Made by a program: the position numbers and the translations under genes
Assembly: GCA_040954595.2 (NCBI GenBank)
Contig: CM082585.2
Coordinates: 8,939,649-9,003,648 of the forward strand
DNA from: Balanoglossus misakiensis
Taxonomy: Eukaryota; Animalia; Hemichordata
Direction of reading: 5' to 3'
DNA length: 64,000 bases
In this document: in pieces, positions 30,301 through 43,200 of the stretch
How the letters are laid out: the number at the start of each line of letters is the position of its first letter
Numbering within the stretch: the first letter of the stretch is position 1
The notes under the pieces: generated by a model
Told to the model about the DNA's origin: nothing
Database searches by the model: none
What the model saw: the letters and a program-made list of their open reading frames with translations, nothing else

Positions 30301-33300
30301 ACAGTTTCCTGGCTGACATTCCAAAACAATAAATAAATGAATGAATGAGTAAATGAATAAATAAAAACAAACAAAAATAAATAAATAAACAGATTGCAGT
30401 TTCAATTTGACAAATTAAATCACCTAAGAGCAACGCCATCATTCCAATTTGTGGAGAAGTTCTTAATATTCTCTTCAGGTAGCACTGCTTTCACCCACAT
30501 CAACATCAGCTTCTTTGGCGGAACTTTGACGGTCCGTGAGTCGCTGCCTCCAGCACTCATCTGATATCTTTGGATCAGTCGCCATACCAACCCCAGGATC
30601 AGCTTCATGTTGCCTTCCACAACATCCTCGTTACCTGTTGGATATACCATCAGTGAAGTTGAGATACTCTTTGTTTAATTGCTGATTTTTTTAAATCTTA
30701 AGAATGTTATATTTTGTGAACCAAATAACTAGTGATATAAGAGCTGGGATTTGGTGTAGACTCTTTCACAGCCGATGGTTTGCTGCAAGGTTCTGTATAT
30801 GTTGCACACTGATGCATGATGCGCCCTCAACTGTTTAGGAGATGAAGCGAACCTTTGGGCCCAAGCTCTTGCTGGCTTGGCCAACTCGCAGGCTGAGCTG
30901 GACACTCGGCCATTGAGGGCACACATTAGTATGCATCAGACATGATTTGCCCCCCCCCCCTTTCTAATTTCCCCCGTCAGGTGATGAAGGTCAGGAACTA
31001 CTCCACCTCCATTGATAAAATCTGACAACTTCAAGGCAGCTAGGTCACATGACGACCTTGAATCCACCTCAATGGTGACCTGATCTCACATAACATTTTA
31101 TAGTCCACCATCCCATTTAAGACCCCGCCCATCAACACAAACACCTGTGGGCGGCCACCAGTTTCTGTATGAACTATCTCAGCGGCAAAATCCACAAATT
31201 CTCAGGACATAATGATCTTTAATTAAAACATAATGGCGCACTAGACCACCCACATTGCGAAATATCATTCAATTCAATTCAAGCAGATGCCGTTTTCTAC
31301 AAAATGTAACGGTATTAACAACCAGCAAAATAAATGTTACCAGCAGACCAAAGAATGCTTATGTATCCCCAAAATGGTCTTAATATTTGGGTTGCTAGGA
31401 GACTTGTGAATAATGGCTGACTACAATGAGACCTGCCTGCAGACATGTTGCCCGCTTTTGAATGCAAAAAAAATGTAGTCTATAAAGTGGGTACAGTTCA
31501 AACGTCAAGATGCTAGTGTGATCTTTTAGATCAAAGCATTAAAAAAACTCTTACAGGAGAAGAATTCTCCCTTCGAACAAGTGATACTGGCCTAAGCCAT
31601 GAAGTTAGATCCTCTGCAGACAAGCAAACAGCAATTAGATTCTTTTACAAAATATGATCCATTTACGTCAACAGTAGTTTTTTTTTAACCCATTCCTATA
31701 CCAACTTTAATCTGCACAGAAATAAACTCCCCTCTACCTTTAAGACATTCCTGAAGTGTGTGTCATTCTCACAGGCTGTCAAAACAAATGTGTGTTTTCT
31801 TTGAGAATATTCACTGGCTCCATTCAACTGTGGTGAAAATATACGCCCCTGAAAGACACACCAGAAATACATTTAACCTTTGTTTACACATCTACCTTAT
31901 ATGTTTGTTAGGAATACTGTGTGCTGGCAACTTTGACCTCTCTATCACTTTCACTACAATTTTTCCGGGTGAGTTTGCATACTGACTGCAATTCTTAATG
32001 TAATTTCAAAGTTCTTGTGTAAGACTACGCCACCCTTGCAGATAATACCACTACAACTGTGTTCTAAGAGTGATTTATTAAGGTTAATAATTCATGAATT
32101 TGATATTATATCGCGCCAGAAAGTAGTTCATTCTGAATACTAGTAAATGAATGAACGGGCTGAGTGTTTATACACACTTTGATATGCATCAACCTTTGAC
32201 TTCACCTGTGTCAGTACGTGCCACAGACACTCAAAGTAAGCTGCTTCTGATTGGTTCAAGTCTCTTTGGCTTATAACATTGACAAATACCAAGCACCCTT
32301 TCAAACTTAGAAACTTAGAATTGACAGCTGCGTGCACATATCACTGTACTTTATTTTCAGGGGATTTCAAAGAATGTGTAAAAAGTGTGTGTCTGAGAAT
32401 ATCACAAATATATGTACTTTAAAAGAATGGATTCGAAGAAAGTCATAATCATAGAATAAAAATCAATCTGACAAGATGTCCCAGATTATCAGATACTGCA
32501 ATAGCCAATATTTTATTCTAATCAGTAATATGTCACATGCTTCTCATTCCAGTGGTTGTTTAGGTCTGGTAACCGTGATATGATAAGAATGCAGTTTTTT
32601 TTATCAAACACAATGACTACTGTGTAACAGATACTTGTTGTTTTGGGGTCATAAGGTAGCTGACACTCGTACAGAGGTTAGGGTGAGAAATGGTTTACTT
32701 TGGGGCCTGTACATACATGTACCAAGGCGAAAGTAGCCATCTAAAGTGTCCCCAGGTTGTCGTTTGCTCTTGCTCATATTGGCTAATAAAAGTGACAGTT
32801 AAAATTGATGTCGTAATCATATAGTTGGTGTTCCAAAGTATTCAATGATCCTATTATTACAAAAAAAATTATCAGGAAAACAAATAACAGCCAGGGGCTA
32901 AATCAATCAACACTCATATAATGTGTCATTAAACGGTTTCTATAGGTACAGATCACTTAAGTGAGATCGTTTCAGGTCAAATTTGTTTATATAGACAGCA
33001 AAAATACATACAGTGGGTGATGAGGCATTTTCATATTGTATGGCATTCACCCAGAAGAGAGTGATGGTATCAAAAATGCATATATAATAATGAACTGATG
33101 ATATCTTTCCTTCCATTTCTAGCAAAATATTATCACTGCTTTCATGATTGACAGTTCAAAAGAAATTCATAAATGCATACTACATTTAGGAAACCTAATG
33201 CACTACAAGTTTTTATCTTCCTTATAGTTACCATGGAAACAGACCACCTGTCGCTATACCAGCCTTCACTCAGGAAATCTCATTTCCTGCTCTATTCCTT

Positions 33301-36300
33301 TCTATACCGGCAGTTTGAAAATTTTTAATCGTGTAAGAGCTTCCGCTAGTACCATGGCGATGAGACAGTATTCCAGTATTGAAATGTAATCCGAGTATTT
33401 GATATTCCCTGTTTCACAGCATCATTCCATTTGGATTTCTTGTAGATCTGATCAACAAAATTATCCTGTCTGTTCAATTCTGTGTGTCAACTACACTTTC
33501 TTATAAGGTTTTTATCCTGGATACCAGGTCAAAACATAGTCCCTTAAATTTGTAAAGCATTTGCATATCAGATCCATCTACCCACCATCTGCTGCCATTT
33601 AACATAGTATAATGTTTTTTTTTCACTCTCGATTTCACAGCCGATAGCAAAGGAAAAAATATATTCCTAACAGAATCAATTTGCAAGTTAAGATTTTAAT
33701 TTGTGATGAAGTTGACAATTCCTTCATCGGTTTAATTTAAATACTACAAGTGTCATACATGATATTCAGAAAGCAAAAAAATCTCTCATTTTATAATCGT
33801 ATTAAAAGAACAAATTTATTTCAATATGCAAATACGTCACGAATACATCATACAGCCATGATGTATTTGTGGACTATTTTAATAAAAGACACATTTATCA
33901 TAAAAATCTCATTCAATCACACCAACAATATGCTATCTACATTTAAAGAGTTATTCAACTCACAGTCACAGACACTGATCGGTCAACCTCTAACCTCTGT
34001 CATGTCAAAGGTTAGAGGTCATTTACAATGACATTTCAATGGAAGAGAGGTCCATACAATCATCATTGTATTGACACTTTTATGTTACAATAGTGGCTAT
34101 TGTCCTCAGAAGGTTAATAGATTTATACAATGCAGTACACATCCTTGAACAGTATAGCAACAAACTAGCCCACAACACCCTTAACACTTTATGTCAAATT
34201 ACGATTCAGCCCATGGTCAAAACATTTCTAAAACCCTGATCTCGATCCCCATTCTGTTGTACCACTAGGTCAGTGGGTGGTAGAAAATAATAACATGCTC
34301 CTTGTGCTTTTATGACTTACTAAAATAACACAAATAAAGTTTGTATCAGATTTAGGTCAAAGACTTAGTAGCCCCACCCAAAAGTTATCGCTGCAGCTGA
34401 TAACACAGCGATAAGACATTATGGTATTTTAAAACTCACAATATCTCATAGACAGTACTATAGTCAACCATGAAAGCATGTACATCTACATTCCTTCCAA
34501 ACAGTAAAGTTCAGAAGTCAAAATTCATTGTGTACAGGTCAATTTTAATACAGGAAAATGTATGTATTGGTGACGCCTTGGAAGAATTGAGGTGAACATT
34601 ATTCTAATAAAAGTCTGTTGATTTCTAGTTCTGCCACACCCTCAGGTGTAATCATGTCAACAGCTTGATGTTCTCTTAAAATTTTTATGAGTTTGAACTG
34701 ACAGATGGACATAGAAAAAAGTGTATACCAGTCTAAAATAGGCAAGGTAATTTTTTTAAATTAAATTGTCAACCCTACCCTCAGATTGTATTGGTTTGTG
34801 TTAACAGGGGGAAAAAATGCGGTCAGTAAAATTAGGTGACTGAAGGATAAAATAACAGCGAACAGTGATGTTTTGTATTGATGCGGTCAGTTACTTTTGG
34901 TGGGGTTGTGTTAAAGTCACTGTTCTCTGAAAAGAGAATACAATTGGGGTCAATTTGCCAAATGACTGGGTCTGAAATGACCAGTCACATTCCGACAGCA
35001 CAGTGCCCCGTTGTGTCCAAGTAAACACCTACGTCTTTAGTCACTCATGTGGTGTATTTTTCACATGGTGGAATTTCTGCGTCAGTGAACATGGCATGAT
35101 CCTATTTCTGGTGGTACACTTTTGGTCAAAGGATTGTGACTGAAAACAGAAAAATTAGAATGCTCATGGCCAATAATCAGGTGTTTCGTTAAATTTGTAG
35201 TGATCTTGGAAGTAGCATGTTGACATCTGATGTCTCGGAATCAACAAGTGTCAGTCAGTTTTCAGTTGACTGGTCCCTGCACAGAGAGGTTTATCTGAAG
35301 AACTTCATGATTATAAGTAATCGTCTTTGTCGTCTCACAAAGCATGGTTGATGTAACACCCCACTTTACAAAGATAATTTAAAACCCAAAACAGTCTATC
35401 TCAACTCTAATGACCATGAGCAATCAATGCTCTTTTTTGTGTTAAGCTGGGTTTTAAAACCAAATTCTACACCCTGTGTGTACAGGTGATAATTAAACAG
35501 TGTGGGAAAAAAGCCTAACAGGATAGCCAGTGTATTGTATTCTTTTGTTGTGCTTTTTTTGTTCTTTCAATAATCCCAAAATACATATTATTTTAAACGT
35601 AGAGGACCCATGATGTAAAAGTGTAGAGATATTTATACAATATGCTGTTTAATTAAAGTGAAAAAAAAAATGTTTAACCCACAATCCTTGGCTTGCTAAT
35701 GAAGGCTCACGATTACTTAAGCTTAGACAATTATAATGACAGCTGTCAGTCTGGTAACACATTGTTGGTTGGAACCCTGCTTGGTAGCTGGTCAAAAAAA
35801 AAATACAGGTATGCCCCCTCTATATTAAGTTGAACGTAGTATTTTGTAATGTTCACGATTGTTGTCACCAAACAGTTCAAATTAAATGTCCACACAGCAT
35901 TAAGTATCACTCCACACAAACAGAGCACCGTTTTCCAGTGCTATACCTTTGCATAATTCACAAACACTTCCCATATTTGCAAGTGTGCTTTAAACTCTTT
36001 GTCCACTGCACTTAAAGTTGGCCCCTGTTCTAAAGCTGACTCCATCCCTCCTTGTTAAACAGGGAGCAATCTTACAAGAACTCGGTGCCCGAACACTTGT
36101 GTAAACTTGTCACCTGGACGCTCCTTCAGCAAACAGCCGCGACCTGTGACACAACGAACTCTCAAACGTTCTTCAATAGTGACACTTCTAAAGCATATGC
36201 TTTCTTAATTCACTTTGTTGACATGGAATGCCATGCGAAGGTGTTAGAGGTACCAATGCGAAAAATTAAAGTTGTGTGGAGGGACTGTGGTTGTGTGTTG

Positions 36301-39093
36301 ATATTAACTTGTTGCAGAGGATTGCTGTTGTCAGATTTCACCATGGTCAGGAAATATACAATGCGTTTCGCATTGTTTCATTTCTATGTAAAAGCCCCCA
36401 AGCTGTGATTACCCGTCATTATTGCGTCTGAGGTCAGATTTTCTTTCCAGAAGGGTTAAGTCCCTGTTTTTGGCCAGAGGACACCAGACGGTGACACTAC
36501 CAAACATGTCTTTGATTTTTGTACACTGATGAAATCTCATCTGATTTCCTGCAGCCACCATATTTAGTACACAACACACATTTCAGACACAGGCTTTTCT
36601 AAACCAGTGGTGAAAATTCATTATTACCCCTTTCACCCCCGTTTGAACTCATATGGTTCCAACCTCACACTGAAAAGAATGGGGATTGTCCCAAATCATG
36701 GCATGGCTGGGGGTTTAAAGTCCATCAAACCACCTGTTGATTTCACAGTTTTTCCAGAGTGTTGCTGCTGTTTGTTGGCATCTTTGGCCAAAAGCCAGGC
36801 GTGTAAAATGCTTGAATGCTCAGAGCATTTAGGCAAACTAGGTGTGTCAAGGTTACGTCGTTCTGTTTGCAAGTTGGATATGTGGGTGGATTTTGGATTT
36901 CACAAGGGGAGCTCACAGCATTCAGAAACTGACCCAAATTTTAAAACAGATATTCTGTCCAGTTATTGGAATGTTCTTGATTAGAAAAACTAGGTTTATC
37001 AATGCTGATTGGTGATTACACTCTGGTATGGTACACTAATCAATATTTCATTTATTCTGTGTTCATTTGAAACCATTTGGCTTGAATAGACTCTTTTGGT
37101 AGCCTTGAAATGTGTCCTTTCCCCTTGCAGAGTGTCAGTGGCTTTGCCACATAGCAACACATGAATTTCGCATAACTATTTGCTGATGTTTGAGATAATC
37201 TTATACAAGCGAGTTTACCTACATGCTCCCCAACAATACAAAATAAATTTGGGTCACTCTCAACATTTAATTGTATCAATGTTTCAGGCCAGATTAAACA
37301 TTTAATACTTATTTTTTCACATTTCATGACTGACGTAACAGTGTGAATATTTCAAGTATCAGTTAATTGATATCAACTCAGTGACAAAGCCGATTATGCA
37401 ACATCACCAGTAGATAACTGATTATTCAGAACAATGTTGCAACAAGATGCCCTCAACATTGGACAAATTATTATTGTGAACCAGTACATGCTAATTATGA
37501 AACAATCACAAAAAAGAAAGTTATACAATAGAGACAATTAGCGAGAAATACTGTAAAACGAGAAAATTTTCACAAACAATACATTTTCACGAACCCCGCG
37601 AGAGCCAGAAAAATGCAGAAATATATAGTCATGAATTTTGACAATGCAGTTAGCGAAATAAAAAATGCGAAAATTAATCGTCCCGTTTTACAGTAACTGA
37701 AAATGAAGGAAAACATATATTCAATGTGTTTATGCACAGATTAGGCCAATACATTACTTTCTGACAAATGGCTATTGCTGATAATGCTATATTCCACCAT
37801 TGAGTGTCACAGTTGTTGTCGTTAAACAAGATCTGAAAATGAAACAAATCTGACGAGAATTGAAACACTGATCTGATAATGTACACTTCAGATAAAGAAA
37901 TGGTATATCCTCTGAGTTTTTTAGGTATGCTGACTGGAGATATTTTATATATATACAATTGGTCTCCTAAGTAATTATCACTGATAAAATTAAAAATCTT
38001 GTTTATGATAATGTATTGGATCTCAACTAAAGAAGAGTTAAAATGAAACATGTCAAACTCAATTTCACCAATGGTCAAAGGTCATTGAGGTCACAGGTCA
38101 ATTCAACTTGGTGAAAATGTTGATATACTGATTATGGTTTAATATTTCTCAATTCACTTTGTAGATTGATATCTATAACACAGGAAATAATTACAATTAA
38201 ATAATCTGCTGTTCATATTTGAAATAGGATTAATGTACACAATCAAAATGAAACTAGTTTGTTTCAGACACATATGCCCATATTATTAAATCCTGCAGGG
38301 GATTGAGTTCACATTATTTGATGAAGGCAGCTATTAAATGTTTCATATGGGTCAGTAAATGGGTGACGTTGTGTATCTGTAAACAGTACAGCCTGCACTC
38401 TATGCAGTCTAATTTTAAAACTGCCATTTACATATCACTTAATACCGTTAATAGTTAAATAGCGACCATACTTAATAACCATAATAGCTTACCTATTGAA
38501 AGCAATTGACGATTTCGACTCACTGATAAACGAAAACACTGTGATTATATTCATTGGCTAAACTCCACTGCAAGTAATATATATTTATTATGTTTATGGA
38601 ATGACTTCTCCACATCTCGGCAAGTTATTTATAGTACAGATTCTCGTTTAAACCACTTTCACAAAGATGAAATTTTAAGCGGTTTATACTTTCTGTTTCT
38701 ACCACGCATGATCGCGGTTTTTTTTACTGTTTGGTGAAAATGACACAAAGGGCCCCACTTACCAATATTTACCAATTTTATTCCCTCTTTCTCGATCAGC
38801 TGCAGTGCGTAAGAGACATTTTCCATTTTCTGGACCTGGTTCCTGGGGTTCTTGTTGTATCGGCTTGCCCTCCGCGGCTGCAACGGGGCACCGCGCGCCT
38901 GCATCAAAGTTTCGACCAGGCTGATCAACAGTAGCCCGTTCTCGAAATCCGTGTTGATGTCGTTCAGCGATTGTCCCGTCGGCTTCAGCTGCTCGTTTAT
39001 CCAGTTGGTGAATGTATTTTTTTGAATCTGTACCCACTGGCTATCCTCCCCGAAACGGGGACCTTCCGATAATTGGCGCTGTATTTCCGTCAT
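21397..39093 (-). CDS. Filamin-like protein of jitterbug/FLN-2 type: 3 calponin-homology domains + 7 filamin Ig repeats; 18 exons, 1068 aa
   Basis: Exons (plus coordinates, 5'->3' order): 38763-39093, 30424-30634, 29800-30079, 29428-29539, 28258-28496, 27839-28003, 27524-27665, 25855-26025, 24575-24721, 24258-24383, 23895-24041, 23649-23756, 23218-23403, 22925-23029, 22590-22766, 22158-22307, 21844-22011, 21397-21638; 3207 nt, all GT-AG, open frame. CH1 WVQIQKNTFTNWINEQL...KLILGLVWRLIQRY; CH2 NFSTNWNDGVAL...DELSGMTYLSY; CH3 NFQSDWNDGVTL...EELAVMAYAA; Ig repeats end in GSPF-like motifs. Confidence 0.93.
24945..25150. repeat. Degenerate (GACA/GATA/GATG)n simple repeat in a filamin intron
   Basis: Runs such as cagacggac, cagataggtagatagagaga, acagacagatggac. 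Confidence 0.6.
25474..25503 (-). CDS. Candidate 30-nt in-frame cassette microexon of the filamin-like gene (GSPLKLQVLS)
   Basis: ttcattcacag|GATCACCATTGAAACTACAGGTGTTAAGTG|gtaaga; phase 1-1, matching the host intron; encodes a filamin GSP-type strand motif. Confidence 0.7.
26112..27202. repeat. Tandem repeat, 6 copies of a 182-bp unit, in filamin intron 7
   Basis: Unit TTGTCCAAATGAATTTTGAAG...CTTGATCTGGCTATG starts at 26114, 26296, 26478, 26660, 26846 (4-bp insertion in the preceding copy) and 27028; copies are nearly identical. Confidence 0.97.
27213..27359. mobile_element. Small foldback/MITE-like element
   Basis: Inverted repeats ATTTCCAGGTGACGGGCAA (27222-27240) and TTGCCCGTCAGCTGGAAAT (27332-27350), 18/19 match, with outer GGCAT/ATGCC; no clear TSD. 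Confidence 0.5.
30328..30390. repeat. Degenerate (AAAT/GAAT/AAAC)n microsatellite
   Basis: aataaataaatgaatgaatgagtaaatgaataaataaaaacaaacaaaaataaataaataaac. Confidence 0.7.
37549..37695. mobile_element. MITE, Tc1/mariner-like (TA-flanked terminal inverted repeats), in filamin intron 1
   Basis: Perfect 12-bp inverted ends TACTGTAAAACG (37549-37560) and CGTTTTACAGTA (37684-37695), including the TA dinucleotides; 147 bp, non-coding. Confidence 0.7.
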
Positions 39094-40283
39094 GATTGCT
39101 CTTTCTCTCCGCGGTGATAATCCTCCAGCGCGTACCAGACGGTCACTCACTTCTGAAGTCCCCAAAATATCACAGGTCCAGATCTTGTCAGATACGCCGT
39201 GTATCACGAAAGAAAGACAGCGTAACAGAGAAGATCAGTAGTCCCTAGTAGTTCCGTCGGTGGTGTGTGAGGGTATATGTATATATCAACCGATGACCTA
39301 TGTACCTGTTGAGCAGGCAGTGTATATATATCCTTACGGGCGTGTTTATATTTAATTCATATGCAAATTACTATACAGATTTCAGTGGTGTACATGTACA
39401 TTTCATTAAACAGTTAAACTGAATCATATTGAAGTTTTCACGCCCCAGAGACTAAATTCCATGTATTTTAGGTATTTAAGAAACTTGGCCATTTTAATGC
39501 CTTTACTCCTGTCCCACCCTAAATACTGAAATTTATATATATTGAAGTTTCACTACGGTCAGGTTATGTCAAGCAAGTTCTGTTCTGTTCACGGAGTCTA
39601 TTCAGTCTACAGCTCAGCTGATTATAGACTGTCTTAGTCTGATCTTGTAAAACAGTAGAAACTCGTACCGAAGCAAAAGTGATTGTACATAGTTCATCCA
39701 TAGTTCTGTCGAAAGGTAAAAACATGGGTCTTGTAGATTTCATGTGAAATTGTACATTTCACTCGGACGCAAGATCAAGTCATAGTAAATTACTTAGACC
39801 TTGATGTTTTGAAAGGACATATCGCTTACTTATTCACTGTCTCTTGAAAGGGGGACCATGTCAGTATTTCGTTTGAAAGCCGGCACAGAGCATCACGTAC
39901 TGTTTGTCATGGTCCACCGGTCAGAGATAATTTAGCACCCCACCCCCACCCACCAAGGTCACGAAGATCTGTACTATACTGTTCGACCATCTGAGGCTAC
40001 CATGTCTGGTGGCGCTGTCACACAGTTTCAGGACACGGTGACCCGCACCTGTTGATATCACGTACGATCACTGTCTGGTTATACTACCGAGACCAAAAGT
40101 CAGAAAATAGCCACCAAAGGTGAAACTTTACTGAGATCAAGTACAAAAATGTGTCTTTTAAATATTTAATACAGTGTCACAAAAATTAAAAATGGTCATC
40201 TGATAAAGTTTATTCGAACGCAGCATTTATACAAAATGGAAAAAATGCAGTTCAACATAAATTTACATTACGGTGCTCACTTT

Positions 40284-43200
40284 CTAGGAGACGGGTAACT
40301 TTCTCTGTTTCAAAACTGCTATTGATAAGATGATTGTCAGAAAGAGTCCTATTGGCGAGAGAGCGGATAACAGGACTTGTTGGCCGATGCTTGTTCGCAA
40401 TCTCATACAGTCTTCGTGATCGGCGTCATCGATACACAGCATGTGAAGAACGTCACTAGAAAGGGAAGAAACGAGAGAATATTAGACAAAGCTAGATTAC
40501 AGTGCCTCAGTCAACTTGGCATCAACTGTTAAAAGTTGGAAACAAAAACAACAGATTATTATTGCCGAAGAAAAACAACGATTGTTTACTGTTAAATATG
40601 TTGAAAACGTTACATACATCCCGAGAAAAAGACTAACTTGAAACGTCAAAGAGAATGATGATTTTTGTTAAGTTACGCTAATTTGTATAGATTTCGTATA
40701 TTATGTGACCAACCTGGGATTTTCTATGCAGCTGTGTGGGATTTCCTTTTCCTCGAGAATTCTTTTCAACTCAATGACTGAGTCTGAAGAGCAGGAATCC
40801 CTGGAATAAGATTTCGGAAAAATGAAGTATCATTAATTTGAAAATTGTGTAGGCTTACCCTACATCTGGAAGCACTTGCTTCTTTGGTTTCTTGTTTGGT
40901 GTATTCTGGTTTTCTGCTATGTTTGCAGTTGTATTGTTCTGATGTCACTTTGACAACGAATAAAACTGTCCACGTAACGTAAATGATCCCAAACTCACCC
41001 GGGTTTCTCGCCTAAGGTAGTGACTAGATCGATCTCAAAGAAGCTCACTCGCTCCTTCGTCAGTACCGGTAACTCATATGCAGCGAAGTAACTTTCGTTG
41101 CTCAAATGGTACGCTCCACCAGGTCGGTTACTGTTCAGTAAAATTCTTACATACCCTTTTGAACGTTCTGCAAACTAAAGTGAAGTGAAGAAGCAGTTTG
41201 TTATGGACAAAACACGTTTTTTTTTCAATGACACAATCGCGCCATAGAATTTTTCGACAACTAAATATAAATAAAAGACTATTGAAGTGCACGGCCACAA
41301 AATGCTATTTTAACCACCGTTTGTGGTTTGCACTGGCCCGCACTGCACATTATACCAGACACATCGTTCGAATACCCAGATTCGTGATTGATCTCTGCAG
41401 TTGTCGTTTTATTTGAAAAAACAACCGGGGACACTCACATAGATGGACGCACTTGCCCAGAAAGCATCTCTGCTGCCGACGCCAAAGCCACACTCAGTAA
41501 ATCCCGGGCACATGGTCGTATTCACACCAGACGGGTCCGTTGTGGAACCGCAAAAGTACAATGGAAACATCATGTAGGCGGCCAGCGTCCTGTCCAGCGT
41601 CGTTTTACGGTTGCCGCGAAAGGAGAACTCTCGGACAGCGTCGAAAATGTCCCAGCCACTCCAAAACAGCGTCTGTCAGGGGAGAGAAAGCAACATTTCC
41701 CAACAAAAGTATTTTTCAAGATTAAAAAAACACGATTTTAACAGTCACACCATCAAAGTCTGTTTGAACCTGTATGACAATGTTATTTTTTTCTCTTCGT
41801 TACAGCAGCGTCGGTGAGAAGTGGCAAAGGAGGAAAAACAGTGGAGATTCCAACGAAAATGAACAGAAATGTCGGCAAGCACTGGATGGATTCATACAAA
41901 TCCTTGGAATGTGATGAGCACATATAACTTGACTTTGACATTACCATTGTGGTGGGATATATATGTGCGTTGAACTTTCGGATCAAGGACAAACACTTGG
42001 GATTTTTTCAGGAAAGTGAAGAACAGGTCTCTTGATGGATTCATACAAATCCTTGGAATGTGAGCACATATAACTTGACTTTGACATTACCATTGTGGTG
42101 GGATGTATATGTGCGTTGAACTGTCAGGAAAAGCACTTGGAATTTTAAAGGAAAGTCGAGAACAGGTAAGACACTGTTTATCGTGTTACCAGCCTGGCTG
42201 TGTAACGATATTACTGTGTCTGTATCACCCCTGTCCCGCCCCACCCCCATTAGTGCTGGAGATGTTATGTTACATCCTGAAGTTCAGCAATTGGGCAAAA
42301 TTTGTCAATCACCACTATCAAAAATTCATATACCACAAACGCCCACCCCCATCTCTGACCAAATTCGACAACGGCCCCATCACCACGAAATGTGCATTAG
42401 TTATATACGAAGTTGCAATGCAACCAAATGATCAAGTTTATTACAAGTGTTATGAAATGTGAAACACGGTAAGTGCTTGTTACGTCCACTATCGGAAATG
42501 GCATTTGAACACTGGGGTTCAAAATGCAGAAGAACGGATGACGTGTTTGATGAGACCGCTGAAGATAAAAGGTGCGTGTTTATAGATAAGGTGCCCCCCT
42601 TTTGCGTTGCGCATTGCGTTGCTTAGAAACATAAAAAAAAACGCGTGAATTGTACATGGTCCGCGTGGTAGGAATTCGCAGAACGAAACTCAGTATCCAG
42701 TTTAATTGTTGAGACAAAACACCATTCCCTAATTTAGCATTTTAACGCTGAATTAACTAGGTATTGTCATAATACGAATCAGACAGTCAGGTCTTAACAT
42801 TGCGTGTAAACGAAAACCCATTTGTAAGAAAGCGGTTAGAAATAACCCCGGGCACGAAAAAAACAAAACAAAATGCCCTCACAGTTGAATAGGATTGTAT
42901 TACGACATAAAAAATGGATGCACATATACTCTTTGTATAGTACACTTTCCGTAACCAGTTTAAATTGAATATGTTCAGGCATGTTTGAGCAGCAGCTGTG
43001 GGTGTACCCTGTCTGGCCGCCATAATGGATCGTATCACAACACACATCGACTTCTGTGTGTTTTGGGACTACGTTTTTACACGCCCAATTAACTTTCCAT
43101 TTTAAGGCCAACCTTCTTCGTTATTGTGATCTGCCATTTTTCCCAGTAATCACAGCACCGCTACTCTCCAGCGGACAGCTGAGGTAGATTGAACGTGGAT

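Noticed and set aside
40766-40948. Minus-strand segment with a GTAAG donor as a possible cyclase B exon
   Set aside because: No acceptor gives the required phase without a stop; the true homologous 87-nt exon is at 40714-40800
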